DNA from: Tubulanus polymorphus
Taxonomy: Eukaryota; Animalia; Nemertea
NCBI RefSeq assembly: GCF_964204645.1
Contig: NC_134030.1
Location: 14,010,010 to 14,074,009, forward strand
DNA: 64,000 bases
Direction of reading: 5' to 3'
Each line of letters opens with the position of its first letter. Within the stretch, counting starts at the first letter, position 1. Below, one piece after another: positions 14,017-26,689 of the stretch. The notes under the pieces were generated by a model, which was given only the letters and a program-made list of their open reading frames with translations, was not told where the DNA came from and searched no databases. A program made the translations under genes and the position numbers.

Positions 14017-17000
14017 CTGACTTTGGTGTGTCCCCTTCAAAAGTAGTTCCTTCGGTTAAATCGGATATCAACTTACCTAGTTCCATGTATATTCCTGCCT
14101 CGATTTGGGGAGTTCAGGTCAAATATCTTGTAGATACTGGAGCTCACGTAACTATTCTTAGCCGTCATGTCTATTCTAAACTTAGAGACAAAATTAAACT
14201 ATGTAATTCTAGTGTAAATTTAAGAGCAGCTGATAATCTTCCAATCAAGGTTTTAGGATCTGCCGTCATACCTATAGGTTTATTCGACTCCAGTATCACC
14301 TGGGAAGTCGTCGTGGCGGACATCAAAGATGACGCCATTCTCGGAATGGATTTCTTGTCAGCATATGACTGTCATCTTCACCCTAGGCATCAGACAATCA
14401 CGTGCCAGGGTCATCAGATCAGTGTTGAAAATTCTCCTTCTAATCCTGTGTTAGTAAGAAGTAAAGATAAAATCAAGGTTCCCCCTCTAACGGAGGTAAT
14501 CATTCCTTGTTATAAGAGAGGTTCTCATTCATTGGCCAAATGGGCTATTGTTGAATCTAATCATAATTGGAAATTAGGTATTGATCTTTGTGTAGCTCGA
14601 AGCATAATTGATACTGATTGTGAAGCGATCCCTGTCAGGGTGGTCAATTTAAGTGATTCTTCACGTATCATTTATCAGAATTCCCCTCTCGCTACCCTCT
14701 CAGGAGTAAATGCTGTATGGTCTGAATCCGATTCAGTGTCTAAGGTAGAAAGTACTAACCCGGAGAGTCTCAAGGATAAAAATCAAGCGGAGCCCGATCA
14801 CCTCAAAGATCTTATAAAACGTAGTTGCGAGGGGTTGGATCCGATACAGTCCAATCAAGTTAAGAAACTGATTTTGAAATACTCCGATGTATTCGCTAAA
14901 TCTGACTTGGATTTGGGAGAAGCCATGGGGGTTGAACACACTATTGACACGGGACATCTTCCGCCTATTAAACAGAAAGTTCGGCGGGTCCCTCAGGCTA
15001 AGCAACCTGAATTGAATTCATTATTAGGTAAAATGCAACAATCTAACGTGATTGAAAAGAGCAATTCTGGCTGGAATTCCAGTATCGTATTAGTCACCAA
15101 GCCAGACGGTTCGCTCCGATTGGTTAATGATTTCCGAGATTTAAACCAACACACGGTTGCCGATGCCTATCCATTACCTAGAATAGACGATACTATCCGA
15201 TCTATGTCGGGTACTGTTTTCTTTTGTCAGGACGACCTACAGAGCGGCTATTGGCAAGTTAAATTATCAGAGAATGACCGTGGGAAGACTGCATTTACTC
15301 CCCCTCATGGGTTTTATCAATATCGTAAACTACCTATGGGATTGAAAAATTCTGCCGCTACTTTTGAGAGACTTATGGAAAGAGTTCTCGAGGGTCTTTT
15401 GAATGACATTGTTTTAGTTTATTTAGATGACATCATTGTTTATGGGCGTGATTTTGAGACCATGTTGACTAACCTTGAGAAAGTTTTTATTCGTCTTCGT
15501 TCAGCTAATTTGAAACTCAAGCCCAAAAAGTGTAATTTCTTCCGTCGTAGAGTTCAATTCCTTGGTCATGTTGTTTCTGACAAAGGTGTCTCCTGTTCGG
15601 AAGAGAAAATCAAAGCTATTAAAGATTGGGTTAGACCCTCTACTCAAACCGAGACTAGACAATTCCTCGGTTTGGCTAGCTATTATAGGGGATTTTGTCC
15701 TAATTTTGCTTCCATAGCTAAGCCACTTCATTCCTTGACTGAGAAGTACAAGGTGTTCCAGTGGACTGAGGAGTGTGAGACTTCTTTCCTTAAACTTAAG
15801 GAGATGTTAATAACAGCGCCGGTACTAGCTTTTCCTGACCCTAAGCTTCCGTATATTCTGGACACGGATGCCAGTGGCTGGGGTATAGGTGGCGTTTTGT
15901 CTCAACTGGACGAATCCGGTCGTGAGAGAGTCATTTTCTATGGCAGTAGAACCTTGAGTAAAACTGAGAGAAACTATTGTGTTACGCGTCGAGAGTTACT
16001 AGCTGTGGTCGTTTTTTGAAATTCTTCCGATTTTATCTGGAAGGTCATAAGTTCACGGTCCGCGCGATCACTCCTCCCTCCGCTGGATGATGAACTTCAA
16101 AGAACCCGACGGGCAAACTGCCCGAAGGCTGTCTCTCCTTTCGAGTTTCGAATTCGATATCGTACACCGTGAAGGGCGTAAGCACACTAACTGTGACACT
16201 CTTTCTCGCACTAATTGTCCGCAGTGCCAGCGTATGGAAAGTAAATGCTCCGGTAGTAACGAGAAGCCAAACAAACTCAAAGATCTCAGGGTCAATGCAA
16301 TTTCTCCTGATACACTTCCTGAGGCTGAGTCCCATGTGGCTAAATTTCTTCCCTCTGACGAGTGAGAGCCACAAAATTTGGCTCAAGCACAGCGTGCCGA
16401 CCCTGAGTTTGGATGGATCTTTGATTACATTTACAGTGACTCTCGTCGGGCCTGGTCCGAGATTTCTGCTCTTAGTCCTGCAGCCAAGTTCTATTGGGCT
16501 CGGTGGAATTCCATCACAGTAATTGATGGTGTTTTGCATATAACTAAGAAGAGAGAGGGATTCCCTGACTCTGTACTTACTCTTTTACCTCTCCAATATA
16601 GAAAAAGTGTGTTCGAAAATATTCATTCCTCTGTAACATCCGCACATTTAGGTATTCGAAAGACTACATTCAGTATGCACCGACGTTTCTTCTGGCATTC
16701 TATTTTGTCAGACATTAAATCTTTCTGTCGTTGCTGTGAAGATTGTCAAGCTAGAAAGTCGTTATCTGAAAAGAGGGCCAAAGCAAAGCTGATGTTATAC
16801 AATGTAGGTGCTCCTCTTGAGAGAGTAGGAATCGATATCTTAGGTCCGTTACCTGAGTCCAGATCTGGTAATAGCTATATTGTGGTGGTTTGTGACTATT
16901 TCACAAAGTGGGCGGAAGCCTACCCTATTCCCAATCAAGAAGCCGAAACAGTGGCTGAGCAGCTTGTTACGTATTTCATTAGTCGATTTGGTGTCCCTAG

Positions 17001-17823
17001 ATCCTTGCATTCGGATCGCGGACAAAACTTTCTTTCCAAGTTGATGACAGAGTTATGTGCCATTTTACACATTCGCAAGACCAACACTACTCCTTATAGA
17101 CCCTCTTCTAATGGTCTCGTCGAGAGATTTAACAAGATGCTAGCTCAGAGTTTGAGAACTCGTGTGAATGAGAAACAGGATGACTGGGATGAGCACTTAC
17201 ATTTCATTACTAAGGCTTTTCGAGCTACAGTACATGATGTGACCGGATTCTCACCCAATTTTCTCATGTTCGGACGTGAAGTCGATATGCCGGTGGACCT
17301 TATATCTGGCCGTCCAGCGAACCAGGTGGCTTTTCCGTTTACTCAGTATGTAGCTGAAATGAAGCGCGAGATAGAATCTGCATTTGAGATTGTCCGAATT
17401 AATATAGGAAAGAGAGGAAAGAAAAATAAACGGAACTACGACTTACTTAGATCTGGGGGGAAATACGGTGTCGGGGATCAGGTATGGCTATTCCGTCCTG
17501 CTGTAGCGGTCGGCTGTAGTAGAAAGCTTTCGTCTTTCTGGAAGGGTCCATTCCCCGTCATCGAAGTAATTAATGACGTGGTATACAGGCTGTCGGTTCA
17601 GGGAAAGTCCGTTACAGCTCATTTTGATCGTCTCAAGCCGTATCATGCTGGTAACGTTTGTCCTCCTGAAATTAGAGACAAGAAAATGAGTGAAAGTAAT
17701 TTTAGAAATTCTGACTTAACCCAGTCGGTGTATGATTCGTCAGATTCGGTTGTAACACGTTCGGGACGTCACATTAAGCGACCATCTCGATACAATTTAG
17801 ATCTCTTTGTTTGTTGTCTGTAA
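13977..17823 (+). pseudogene. pol: pol of element A (PR-RT-RNase H-IN), disrupted
   Basis: LVDTGA protease, YLDD at 15420-15431, DTDAS RNase H, HHCC plus DDE integrase, WKGPF; frameshifts at ~16015-16070 and stop at 16363; frame is open from slippery T TTA AAC at 13977. Confidence 0.95.
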
Positions 17824-18161
17824 GGGTTAACCTTAGTGTTCCTAAGGGCCTGTTGGGTGCATTGATAATTTGTACTAATCATTGAATATGTATACATAGG
17901 AGTAATTAATCTTAAAAATGTTTCTGCTGTGGGTTTCTTATCTTTCTTGCGGTAATCTCGTGAGATGTAACTCGTTTATAGAGATGTATTCCTTCCTCCT
18001 TCTCTTGGAGGGGGTTTAAAACTATTCTCCACCCTTTTTCTGGCTAGGATGCCACCTTATATACTCACTGACAAGTGGGTTCAATTCGGGTGAAGTTACT
18101 TAAGCTATATATATATATATATGAACTTTGTTTTCTCTTTTTCTATACATTTTCAGTGAAT

Positions 18162-18971
18162 ATGGACGTCCAGGACAAGTGGACGTGCCACGACTGCGGT
18201 CTTAGCCTTAGTAATACGTACAGGAAGTCGCGCCACCAGGTGTCTTGCACCTGGAAGCTTTTCGGTCGCAAAACGTATCAGGCCGGCACGGTATTCTCAT
18301 GCCTTATGTGTGGATTTAGTAATCCGAAAGTGGCGAGGGTAATCACACATATATCAAAATCGCATCGCGACCGCGTTAGAAGGAACGGTAACACTTATGT
18401 CGGCTTGATTCGTTCGTGTGTGCCGGAGGGAGTGCCTCGGACGGTTTTCCCGGGCCTCCCTACCGCTAGTTTCGTGTCCGACGTCGGACTGGATGAGACT
18501 AGAGAATCGTCAGTGTCAGAACTCCCGAAGAAGTTCCCGTTTTTTTCGTTACCGCCGCTGCCGCCTCCGCCGCCGTATTCGCCGCCTCCGCCGCCGTATT
18601 CGCCGCCTCCGCCCATCGAAACACCTACGTTGTTCGATTGTCTGAACATTCCGCTACCAGGACAAGCTGCGCTGTGCAGCTTTGATGTATCGACTGAGAT
18701 CATTCTTGACGGCATTGAGGAACCTGCAAAGTCATCCTTACTCATGCGAACATCTACACCCGTACCAGCTGAAGACGCGGTTCCCGTGGAGATCAACCCT
18801 GCAGTACTTTCCGAACCTTCGTGCGCTGTCGGTAATTCTCCGGTCTCCGAGCAATGTGGCGCTGTTCGGCATGTTCACGATTTTCGCGGACACCACCTCG
18901 AGATATCGGTCCCGGTTGGAGTCCCGATTAACTGCCCGTTGTGTCTTCACCTGGTCAAATCTTTTGAATAA
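18162..18971 (+). CDS. ORF3 of element A: double zinc-finger protein (269 aa) in env position
   Basis: CHDC-x12-H-x3-C, CLMC-x12-H-x4-H, Pro-rich middle with two PPPY, C-terminal HVH-x18-CPLC; acceptor-like ttttcag ends at 18156. Confidence 0.85.
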   Translation: MDVQDKWTCHDCGLSLSNTYRKSRHQVSCTWKLFGRKTYQAGTVFSCLMCGFSNPKVARVITHISKSHRDRVRRNGNTYVGLIRSCVPEGVPRTVFPGLPTASFVSDVGLDETRESSVSELPKKFPFFSLPPLPPPPPYSPPPPPYSPPPPIETPTLFDCLNIPLPGQAALCSFDVSTEIILDGIEEPAKSSLLMRTSTPVPAEDAVPVEINPAVLSEPSCAVGNSPVSEQCGAVRHVHDFRGHHLEISVPVGVPINCPLCLHLVKSFE

Positions 18972-19024
18972 CCTTATATATATATATACTTTACCTTTGT
19001 CGCCTTTTCTGAGCGGGTCGCTCA

Positions 19025-19040
19025 GGGCTGGTGGGGGGCT
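19025..19040 (+). promoter_or_regulatory. Polypurine tract of element A
   Basis: gggctggtggggggct immediately before the 3' LTR. Confidence 0.8.
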
Positions 19041-19041
19041 T

Positions 19042-20512
19042 TGTAGCGGAAATTCGTTTCACTTCGTTCTGTTCTTTTTATTTTCCAGCTGCAGAGTCCT
19101 CCCCAGCTCAGTCTAAAATTCATATTAAATTCCTATTAAAAGTTTGTATGATGTAAAATAAAACCTTATAATGTATTTGTAACTCTGAGACAAGAATGTT
19201 TAATGCTTTGGACTTCGGTCTGGTGGATTAGAAACTATTTTTATTTCTATCTTAATGAAATATTGTATGATTTAATCTGAATTCAAAAACTGTACCTAAA
19301 GACCTTTTCTATGTGTTCGGGTCACTCCCGGTTTGTATTTTTCGAGTTAATGTGCCTTAATCGATGTTCCCGTGCTTAAATCGATAGTTTTATGCTGTGC
19401 TCTGTGCCCGAGATGGCGCCACTATACGGTTCTTAATTATATTGTGTGCTCGGGGTGCTTTGTTTTAACCAATTAGATGGGTTACGTCATAATCTGGGCT
19501 CTGTAAAAGGCAAAAATGTGCTTTATTAATTAGTCTCGGTGCACATTCTTAGGTGTGTATTACTAAGATTTTGAACTATGGGGGGAGGGATTAATCTAAT
19601 TTTCTTAGTAAGTCATACTTAGCACTGATTCTCTTTAAGTATTTCTTGGTCCTTATTCTCAAAGTTGTTTTTCTTCCAAGATGTTTTCGGAAAACAATCT
19701 TTCAGGGTTCAAGGAGGTTTTCTCCTTCGAATTATTCCCCGAAAGTATTCTTCTTTCCGATTTCCTCTCTTGGTTTTTCCCTCAACTTATGAGTTTTCGG
19801 AGTAGTGACCATCTCTTACATAAACATAATAGGAAGAATGATTAAATAAATACTTAACTGGAACTATGATTAAATATAGCGAAAATTCTTATCTTTATTA
19901 AGAGCACTTAGAGTTACATCTTCTTTAGCGTAAAACGAGCGCAGGGTTTAAGTAACTATTGTCGTAATGTTAGAGTATCTGAAATCTTTATTCCTAATAC
20001 TATTGAATTCTGGTGCGAGTCGTGCACTTGTATTAAGGGCAATATGCCCTTGTTAATCTCCTCCTTTGGTGGCCGGTTGGCCATCTTATCTACCTTAAAT
20101 GTTGTAAATAAGAGATAACCTCGAGGTTGTGTATATATTGTTCATTGTTTGAATATTTCCAAGAAATAATAAATAGTATTCAAGAGAATATTATCATATA
20201 CATAAAATTCTAAATCTTTGCCTTTTTCCCTAAACTATTTTTGTGGTGTCGGATTTACTATCAATTGAGGAAAGGATTTTCTTGTGCATTTTTGGGATTT
20301 TGTGACACCATAAAATATTCTTGAAGAATCTTGTGGGTTAGGGCATCATGTAAGTCTTCAAAAAGGGGAAGCATTGAGGGCACCCTCTAGTGGGAGAGGC
20401 CAAATATTGGTGAATGCTCCTCGTTTTATTTAGTTGGTATCTATTATTCTTTTTGAAGCTAAACGCCTGATCAGGTCGGCTGTGGAGGCTGGAAATACTT
20501 GTAGCGCTGGAC
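19042..20512 (+). repeat. 3' LTR of element A, truncated (last ~530 bp missing)
   Basis: Matches the 5' LTR until ...gtagcgctggac, then switches abruptly to element B sequence. Confidence 0.95.
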
Positions 20513-20515
20513 TAA

Positions 20516-21571
20516 TTACTGATTTTTAAGTAGAGCGCAGAGTTTAAGTTGATAAAATTCACAGTAGACACACTGGTACTCTGAGCCTGCGTAGCCGAAC
20601 AAGATCATATCTCCGTGTCGATGCAATTCTTTCCATGGTCGTTCTTCTGTTATCTTTCGATCTTCTTTGGTTTGCGTCGAACCGTCTCTCATATCGTTGT
20701 TTTGTTTAATCAGGGTAGAACTGATTTTTCTAAGCGGCATTGTCGGTATTGCATTGTTGGTGAAGGCACATGATTCGATAGATAATTCGGATTCTGTTGC
20801 ACTCGATGATGATCCGTTGATCTTGGGTAGCTTTACACACGGAACGATCGGTTTCTCCGCGGCGAATGATTTCAACTCGGGCACACACGGTGACTTAATA
20901 TCGGCTTCGAGCAGCGGTTCGGTTGTTTGGTTGTCTTCTTCTATCTTTGACGCAGCAGACGTTTTTCTTTTAACGGAAATTATCCGCGCGGAACCATCCG
21001 GACGCGTCACTGTCGTTTTAGACAGTAACTGCAGCGGGCTTGGAGGCATTTCTTTCCTAATTTCCTCTAAAATTCTATGGAGATCGTCGTTCGTTGGAAA
21101 TGAAGTTGTTTTATAATGTGGACTCTTTGGCGTCGGTATTTCCTTGGTAATTGTGGGAGTTGCGAGTGGGTTTTCTTCCTTAATTACTGTCGGTGTCTTC
21201 TGCCTTTTGCCGGTTGGAACCTTGTTCTCTTTTCCCGATTTCCTTTTAGTTGGATGAAGGATCGGGGTCTCTGGGCGACTTAAGCACTGGATCTCCGGAG
21301 GGTCAAATTCAAATTCATCATCGTCGTCTATCGCGACGAGTTTCACTTTTCCGATGATGGATCTGGTATCTTCCGAATGTCTTCTGTTCGTTTTTCTAGC
21401 ATGTTGTCGAATCAGGTCTCGACGTCCGTTCTTGTAACTGCAGAGTTTGCATCGATATTCATATCCCTGATGCGGCTTACTCTGACATTTTAAATCATGC
21501 GACTCGAGGTTCCTCATCGACGCGAAATCTTTCTTACAGTGGACACATAAAAATGGCGTTGTCCCGTGCAT
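20516..21571 (-). CDS. ORF3 of element B: double zinc-finger protein (351 aa from the ATG after the acceptor)
   Basis: CVHC-x12-H-x3-C, CKLC-x12-H-x7-H, acidic patch, basic NLS-like KRK/KRQK, S/T/P-rich middle, C-terminal HRH-x14-CVYC; tttcag|aATG. Confidence 0.85.
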   Translation of the reverse strand: MHGTTPFLCVHCKKDFASMRNLESHDLKCQSKPHQGYEYRCKLCSYKNGRRDLIRQHARKTNRRHSEDTRSIIGKVKLVAIDDDDEFEFDPPEIQCLSRPETPILHPTKRKSGKENKVPTGKRQKTPTVIKEENPLATPTITKEIPTPKSPHYKTTSFPTNDDLHRILEEIRKEMPPSPLQLLSKTTVTRPDGSARIISVKRKTSAASKIEEDNQTTEPLLEADIKSPCVPELKSFAAEKPIVPCVKLPKINGSSSSATESELSIESCAFTNNAIPTMPLRKISSTLIKQNNDMRDGSTQTKEDRKITEERPWKELHRHGDMILFGYAGSEYQCVYCEFYQLKLCALLKNQ

Positions 21572-21597
21572 TCTGAAATGTATGATCATTTTCAAAG

Positions 21598-24500
21598 TTA
21601 CAGAGCGAGTAGCCGTGGTGGTATAACTCTTCTCCCCGACCTGGTGTAAGTGGGTGGATCTGGACTGGGTTTCCGGAAGGTCAATTGCGGTCTTGTTTCA
21701 TTTTCTTGCTCGTATAATTTAAGTCGGTCGAAATGCACTCGTTTAATTTTCTCATCTTTGTGTATCTCATACACTACGTCATTCACTTTACGTTTGACTG
21801 TCCAGGGACCTTCCCACGGATGGTATAACTTTAGTGACATTCCCCGAGGGCAAGCGGGGTTATGAAGCCAGACTAATGCTCCGACAGAAAATGCGACTCC
21901 GGAGGCTTTAGTATCGTAGTTACGCTTCATTCTCCGAGTCCGAACAGTAGAATTGTGTCTTGCCAAATCGTGCGCTGCACGAATACGCTCTCTTAGTTCT
22001 ACGGTGAACATATTTAAGCTACGAGAGCTTTCGTGAGGCGGGCCTTCATACATTAAGTCGATGGGTAGGCGAATCTCATGCCCGAACATCAGATAGTTCG
22101 GGGTGAATTTAGTCGAATCATGAACGGCCGATCGATAGGCCATAGCGATGAACGGCAATTGTTCGTCCCAGTCAGAGTGATTTTGATTCACGAACATTGA
22201 CAAGCTATTAATTAGTGTCTTGTTCATTCGTTCGATCATGCCGTCGGATTGAGGTCTATAAGGGCAAGTTCTCGTCTTCTTAATTTCGAGAATCTTACAT
22301 ACCTCAGCCATGAGCTTAGACTCGAAGTTTGCCCCTTGATCGGTGTGCAATTCGAGGGGACACCCTAACTTACAGACGAAATGCTTTACGAACGCATCGG
22401 CGACAGTGAGCGCCTCTTGGTTCGGTATCGGAACGAATTCGACGTATTTAGTGAAATAATCACCGATAACTAAAATATATGAATTACCATTATCGGTCTC
22501 AGGTAATGGGCCTAATATGTCCAGGGCGACTCTTTCGAGAGGTACACCTGAACTTGAGGGTCGTAGTTCAGCCCTAGTTTTTCGAGCTGGACTCTTTCGC
22601 GTTTGACATTCGCGGCAAGTGACGCACCAATCACGAACATCTCTGGCTATGTTATTCCAGTAGAATCTATCGTGAATCTTATACAATGTTTTCTTGATAC
22701 CGAAATGACCAGCTGTTTTTGTCGCGTGAAGTTGGTCGAATACATCTCGGTGGTACGGTTTTGGTAATAACAAGAGCGTCGACGTAGGCAAACCCGAACG
22801 CTCTTTTCTAATATATAGAACACCGTTGATAAGATGGAGTTTATCCCATCTAGCCCAAAGGAACTTTGTGGCTGAATTCTGCCCTGATACATTCCCCCAA
22901 TTCGGCTTATCGTTACTCGGATTGAAATGGCGTATGGTCCACTCGAGGTCGGTGTCACGTTTTTGGGCTTGAGCAATAGAAGCGTCGTCCCAGTCTTCGC
23001 ACGGCGAGAACTTTATGTGACATGCGCGTGCGATTTCAACCGCACCGGTCGCATTATATCGTCGCTCAGCCCTTTGACACTGCGAACATGACCGCCTCGA
23101 CATTCCATCTGCGTTCGAGTGTAAGCGCCCTGGTCGATGTTCAATACGAAATGCGAAACCTCCGAGTGTAGTTAACCAACGGGCTAGTTGACCCTCTGGC
23201 TCTTTGAAAGACATAAGCCACCGGAGTGATCCATGATCAGTTCGGAGGAGGAATTCTCGTCCTCCGAGATAGTGTTTAAAAGCCTTGATGAAGTGTACCA
23301 CGGCAAGTAACTCGCGTTTCGTGACGCAATAGTTTCTTTGAGCTTTTGAGAGAGCCTTACTAGCATACATGATTACGTGCTCTTTGTTATCGCCGTGTAC
23401 TTGCGATAATACTGCACCGATGGATTCGTTACTCGCATCGGTATCGAGAATGAATGAGAGTTTTGGGTCAGGATACGCGAGAATCGGAGCAGACACGAGC
23501 AGTCGCTTCAGAGCCTCGAAGGCGATCTGACAGTCGTTGTTCCACAAAAACTTCTTGCCTTTTTCGGTGAGTTTCTGAATTGGTCGGGCAATTTCAGCGT
23601 AACCTTTGACGAACGATCGATAATAGGATGAAAATCCTAGGAATGACCTAGCTTCTTTGACACAGCCGGGGACCTTCCAACTAATGACTGCTTCGATCTT
23701 ACTCGGATCGCATTTAATACCCTCTCCGGACACCAGGTGTCCTAAGAATGCAACCGAGGTCTGAAAGAAGTGGCATTTCCTAGGTTTCAGTTTGAGACCG
23801 GATTCTCGAAATCTCTGTAGGACCATTCTAAGATTTTTGATTGTATCATCTAAATCGGATCCGAACACAATAACGTCGTCAAGGTAGATTAGACAGGCTT
23901 CGAATTGAAGGCCGTTCAATACTCGTTCCATGAGACGCTGGAACGTGGCTCCGGCGTTCTTGAGTCCGAAAGGCATTTTGACGAACTGGTATAACCCGTT
24001 ATTCGGTATGGCGAAAGCCGTACGTTCTTTCGATTTCTCGTCCAACTTTATCTGCCAATAACCGCTAGCCATGTCTGCGGTGCAGAAATAGCGGGTACCA
24101 GTGAGCGAGCGAAGAGAATCATCGATGCGAGGAAGGGGAAAGGCGTCGATAGGACAGAGGCTATTGACTTTTCGTAGATCGACGCAGAACCTCTGACTGC
24201 CGTCTTTCTTGGTAACAAGTACGACTTGTGATACCCAACTCGAACTAGAAGGTTCTATAATACCTTTTTCAAACATCTCTTTAACTTGTTTATTTGCCTC
24301 GATTTGCTTGTCGTACGCCATTCTTCGGGTCGATCACGGACCGGGGGTGACTCTCCAGTATTGACTACATGCTCTACCCCAGCGGCGGTACCGAGGTCGT
24401 AATCCGACTTCGCGAATACGTCCGCGAATTCACAAATCACGGCCTCGATTTTTCTTTTTTCGTCGGGTTCGAATCCCTTAGTACTTCTTTCGATCAGGTC

Positions 24501-25362
24501 TTTGACATGGTCTGGGATTTCGGGTTTACTAGAGTGGTCTGGCGACCGACTATTCGTGACGTTATTCACTCGGAGTCCGTTATCTGGACAGGCAATTTTG
24601 GAAATCGGAGATATCTTCCCGAGTGTACAACCTCGAAAAACAGTTCTTGGTTGATCGGATAGATTGATTACTCGAATAGGAATAACCTCATTCTCCGTGT
24701 CTACGATTCCCTTAGCGGCCAAAATATGTTTTGATATAGTCTTCGAGACTGCCGGTTCCACGATAGCCCACTTCCCTGATGAAAGTGACTTTTCAGCAAT
24801 ACCGGGTAAAATTACTTCGCCCCCAGGCGGGACAGACACGTTCTTTAACGCCGCGACTCGGATGTCTTTATCCGGTGTCTTAATGGCACGTGTGTCAATG
24901 TACTGACGGCTTTTACTAACGACAGTACGACATTTCGGATAGATCTGACAATCGAAATGCGACAAAAAAATCCATGCCGAGAATACCGTCTTCGGTGATA
25001 TCAGCTACGATCAGATCCCAAACTACTGTCTGGTCGAATATTTCAATCTTCGTCGTGATCTTACCGAGCACATTTAGATGACTATTATTAGCCGAAATTA
25101 GCTTCGACTGGCAAGGCAATAATCCCGGTCTTTCTTTAGACGGGATCTCATAATAACTACGAGAATTCAGTATGGAAGCGCAGCTTCCAGTATCAATAAG
25201 ATAATTCATAGGAACATCGTTGATCTCAGCGGTATATTGTAACGAGTCCGAACTTCCGGATATAATTACCTTATTAACTTCTAATTCGACAGCATGCGAG
25301 AGATTTAGGGTTTTCTGAGCAGTCGATCGAACTCTCACTGCATCGACTGCTGGGAGTTTCCC
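21598..25362 (-). pseudogene. pol: pol of element B, two frameshifts (~24965, ~24321)
   Basis: LIDTGS protease, YLDD RT, DTDAS RNase H, HHCC plus DDE integrase, WEGPW; a 907-aa RT-RH-IN segment is open. Confidence 0.95.
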
Positions 25363-26549
25363 GCCGAACCGTTCGAACCTCGAAGTCGTGGGCAATTCGA
25401 CTTGAAGTGTCCGAACTCTTTACAGTGGAAACATTATACACGTGAATAATCTCTCTTTGGCCTTGCGTCAAAGCGACTTCGTTCGTTAGGACGTTGCTGC
25501 GCTTGTAAAATGTTTTCGAATAACGAGAACATCTTCGAAAATTCGGACTTGATCTCGGCCCTGAACTGTTCGACTCCACTGCCGACTCGAGCGCCATCTT
25601 TGACTTCTCGTACGAACTTCTTAGTTAAGCCATCGCGTTCGTCTTCGAGACGACGATAGCCTTCCAATTCTACCGCCATAGAGACTAATTCATTCAGGGT
25701 TGTACATCTACTTTGATATAAAGCCATTCGAAGTTCTCGATCGTCTAGCGCATCGAGGAAATGTGTCTTAATTAAACGATCTAGCTGTTCGGGAGGCATA
25801 TCAGGGTATGCGAGCAAAGCTTTGGCAGAGAGGTCTTGCGACAATTCTCTGAGCGACTCCCCTCGTTTACGTCTTCGATTTCGTAATTCGGCTAAATACA
25901 GCTCGGCCTGTTGTCCAGGACCGAACCGACTTTCTAACGCATGGCAAGGAGTATCGAAATCGACTCTCTCGTCAGGTCGGAGAGTACAGGCTAGTTGGCG
26001 AGCTGACCCACGCAAGTGAGTGAATAAATACTCGGCTTTCATATAACCCGTCCATCCATTTATGCGAGCTATGGAATTGAAGACGGTAATATAATCGAGC
26101 CATGACTCGTTCCCAGAATAATATTCTGGTTCGACTCTCCCGAACCCTCTCGGAGTTATAGGATTGGGTCTATACATCTCGAATTCTTGTTGGCGGGCGC
26201 GGCGAAAGATTCGAGGAGTATTCAAAAATGCGCCTTGGTCTTCGTGAACATCATCGGGTACACTTGAATCTTGCGGGATGTTTCGTGTCTTTCTCATCGT
26301 GGATCGTGGGTTTGAACGAGATATAGCTTCGTTCAAAGAGTGGAGTTCTCTCTCTATTAGGTCTCTTGAGGCATCGGGTTCAGCCCCCCTAAGTCTATTT
26401 TCCTCGGATAAAGGCAAAACAATAGAGTCGCCGCAGGCAAGTGAGCGTTCGCTCGATGGGCGGTCACTAGAGATTTTATCAGAGGCATTTCGACCGTCGG
26501 GGTTTTTCGTGGACAGGTCAAATTCGAGCGGATTGCTTCGAGTTTTCAT
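25335..26549 (-). pseudogene. gag: gag of element B with premature TAA just before the CCHC knuckle
   Basis: ...SRV*CFHCKEFGHFKSNC continues in frame to G GGA AAC (25362-25356) and TGA at 25337-25335. Confidence 0.9.
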
Positions 26550-26671
26550 TTTTAGCTTTCAGTTCCTGAATCGTGGACATAGAAATGCATGTAATATTCT
26601 TGTTGAATAAAATTCGACTTGTTACTTCAATTATGCGTTCAGACATGGAGTATTCGAGCAAAAAAACGACG

Positions 26672-26689
26672 ATCCCACCGCTGCCACCA
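26672..26689 (-). promoter_or_regulatory. PBS (tRNA-Leu) of element B
   Basis: Same 18-mer as the PBS of A, 3 nt from the LTR end. Confidence 0.9.

Larger units (their letters stand above)
10724..20512 (+). mobile_element. Ty3/Gypsy LTR retrotransposon A (LTR-gag-pol-ORF3-truncated 3' LTR)
   Basis: Direct LTR repeats, PBS, PPT, gag and PR-RT-RH-IN domain order. Confidence 0.97.

Noticed and set aside
18395-18796. Gly-rich antisense ORF, and similar antisense ORFs at 20667, 26278 and 40466
   Set aside because: Shadows of Pro/Ser-rich sense ORFs; no conservation among the elements
18075-18971. ORF3 as an envelope gene
   Set aside because: No signal peptide, fusion peptide or TM anchor from the likely ATG; the hydrophobic 5' extension in the ORF track is the polypyrimidine tract
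25434-25436. Programmed read-through stop before the Gag knuckle in B
   Set aside because: A and C have sense codons there and B carries other lesions; a nonsense mutation is simpler
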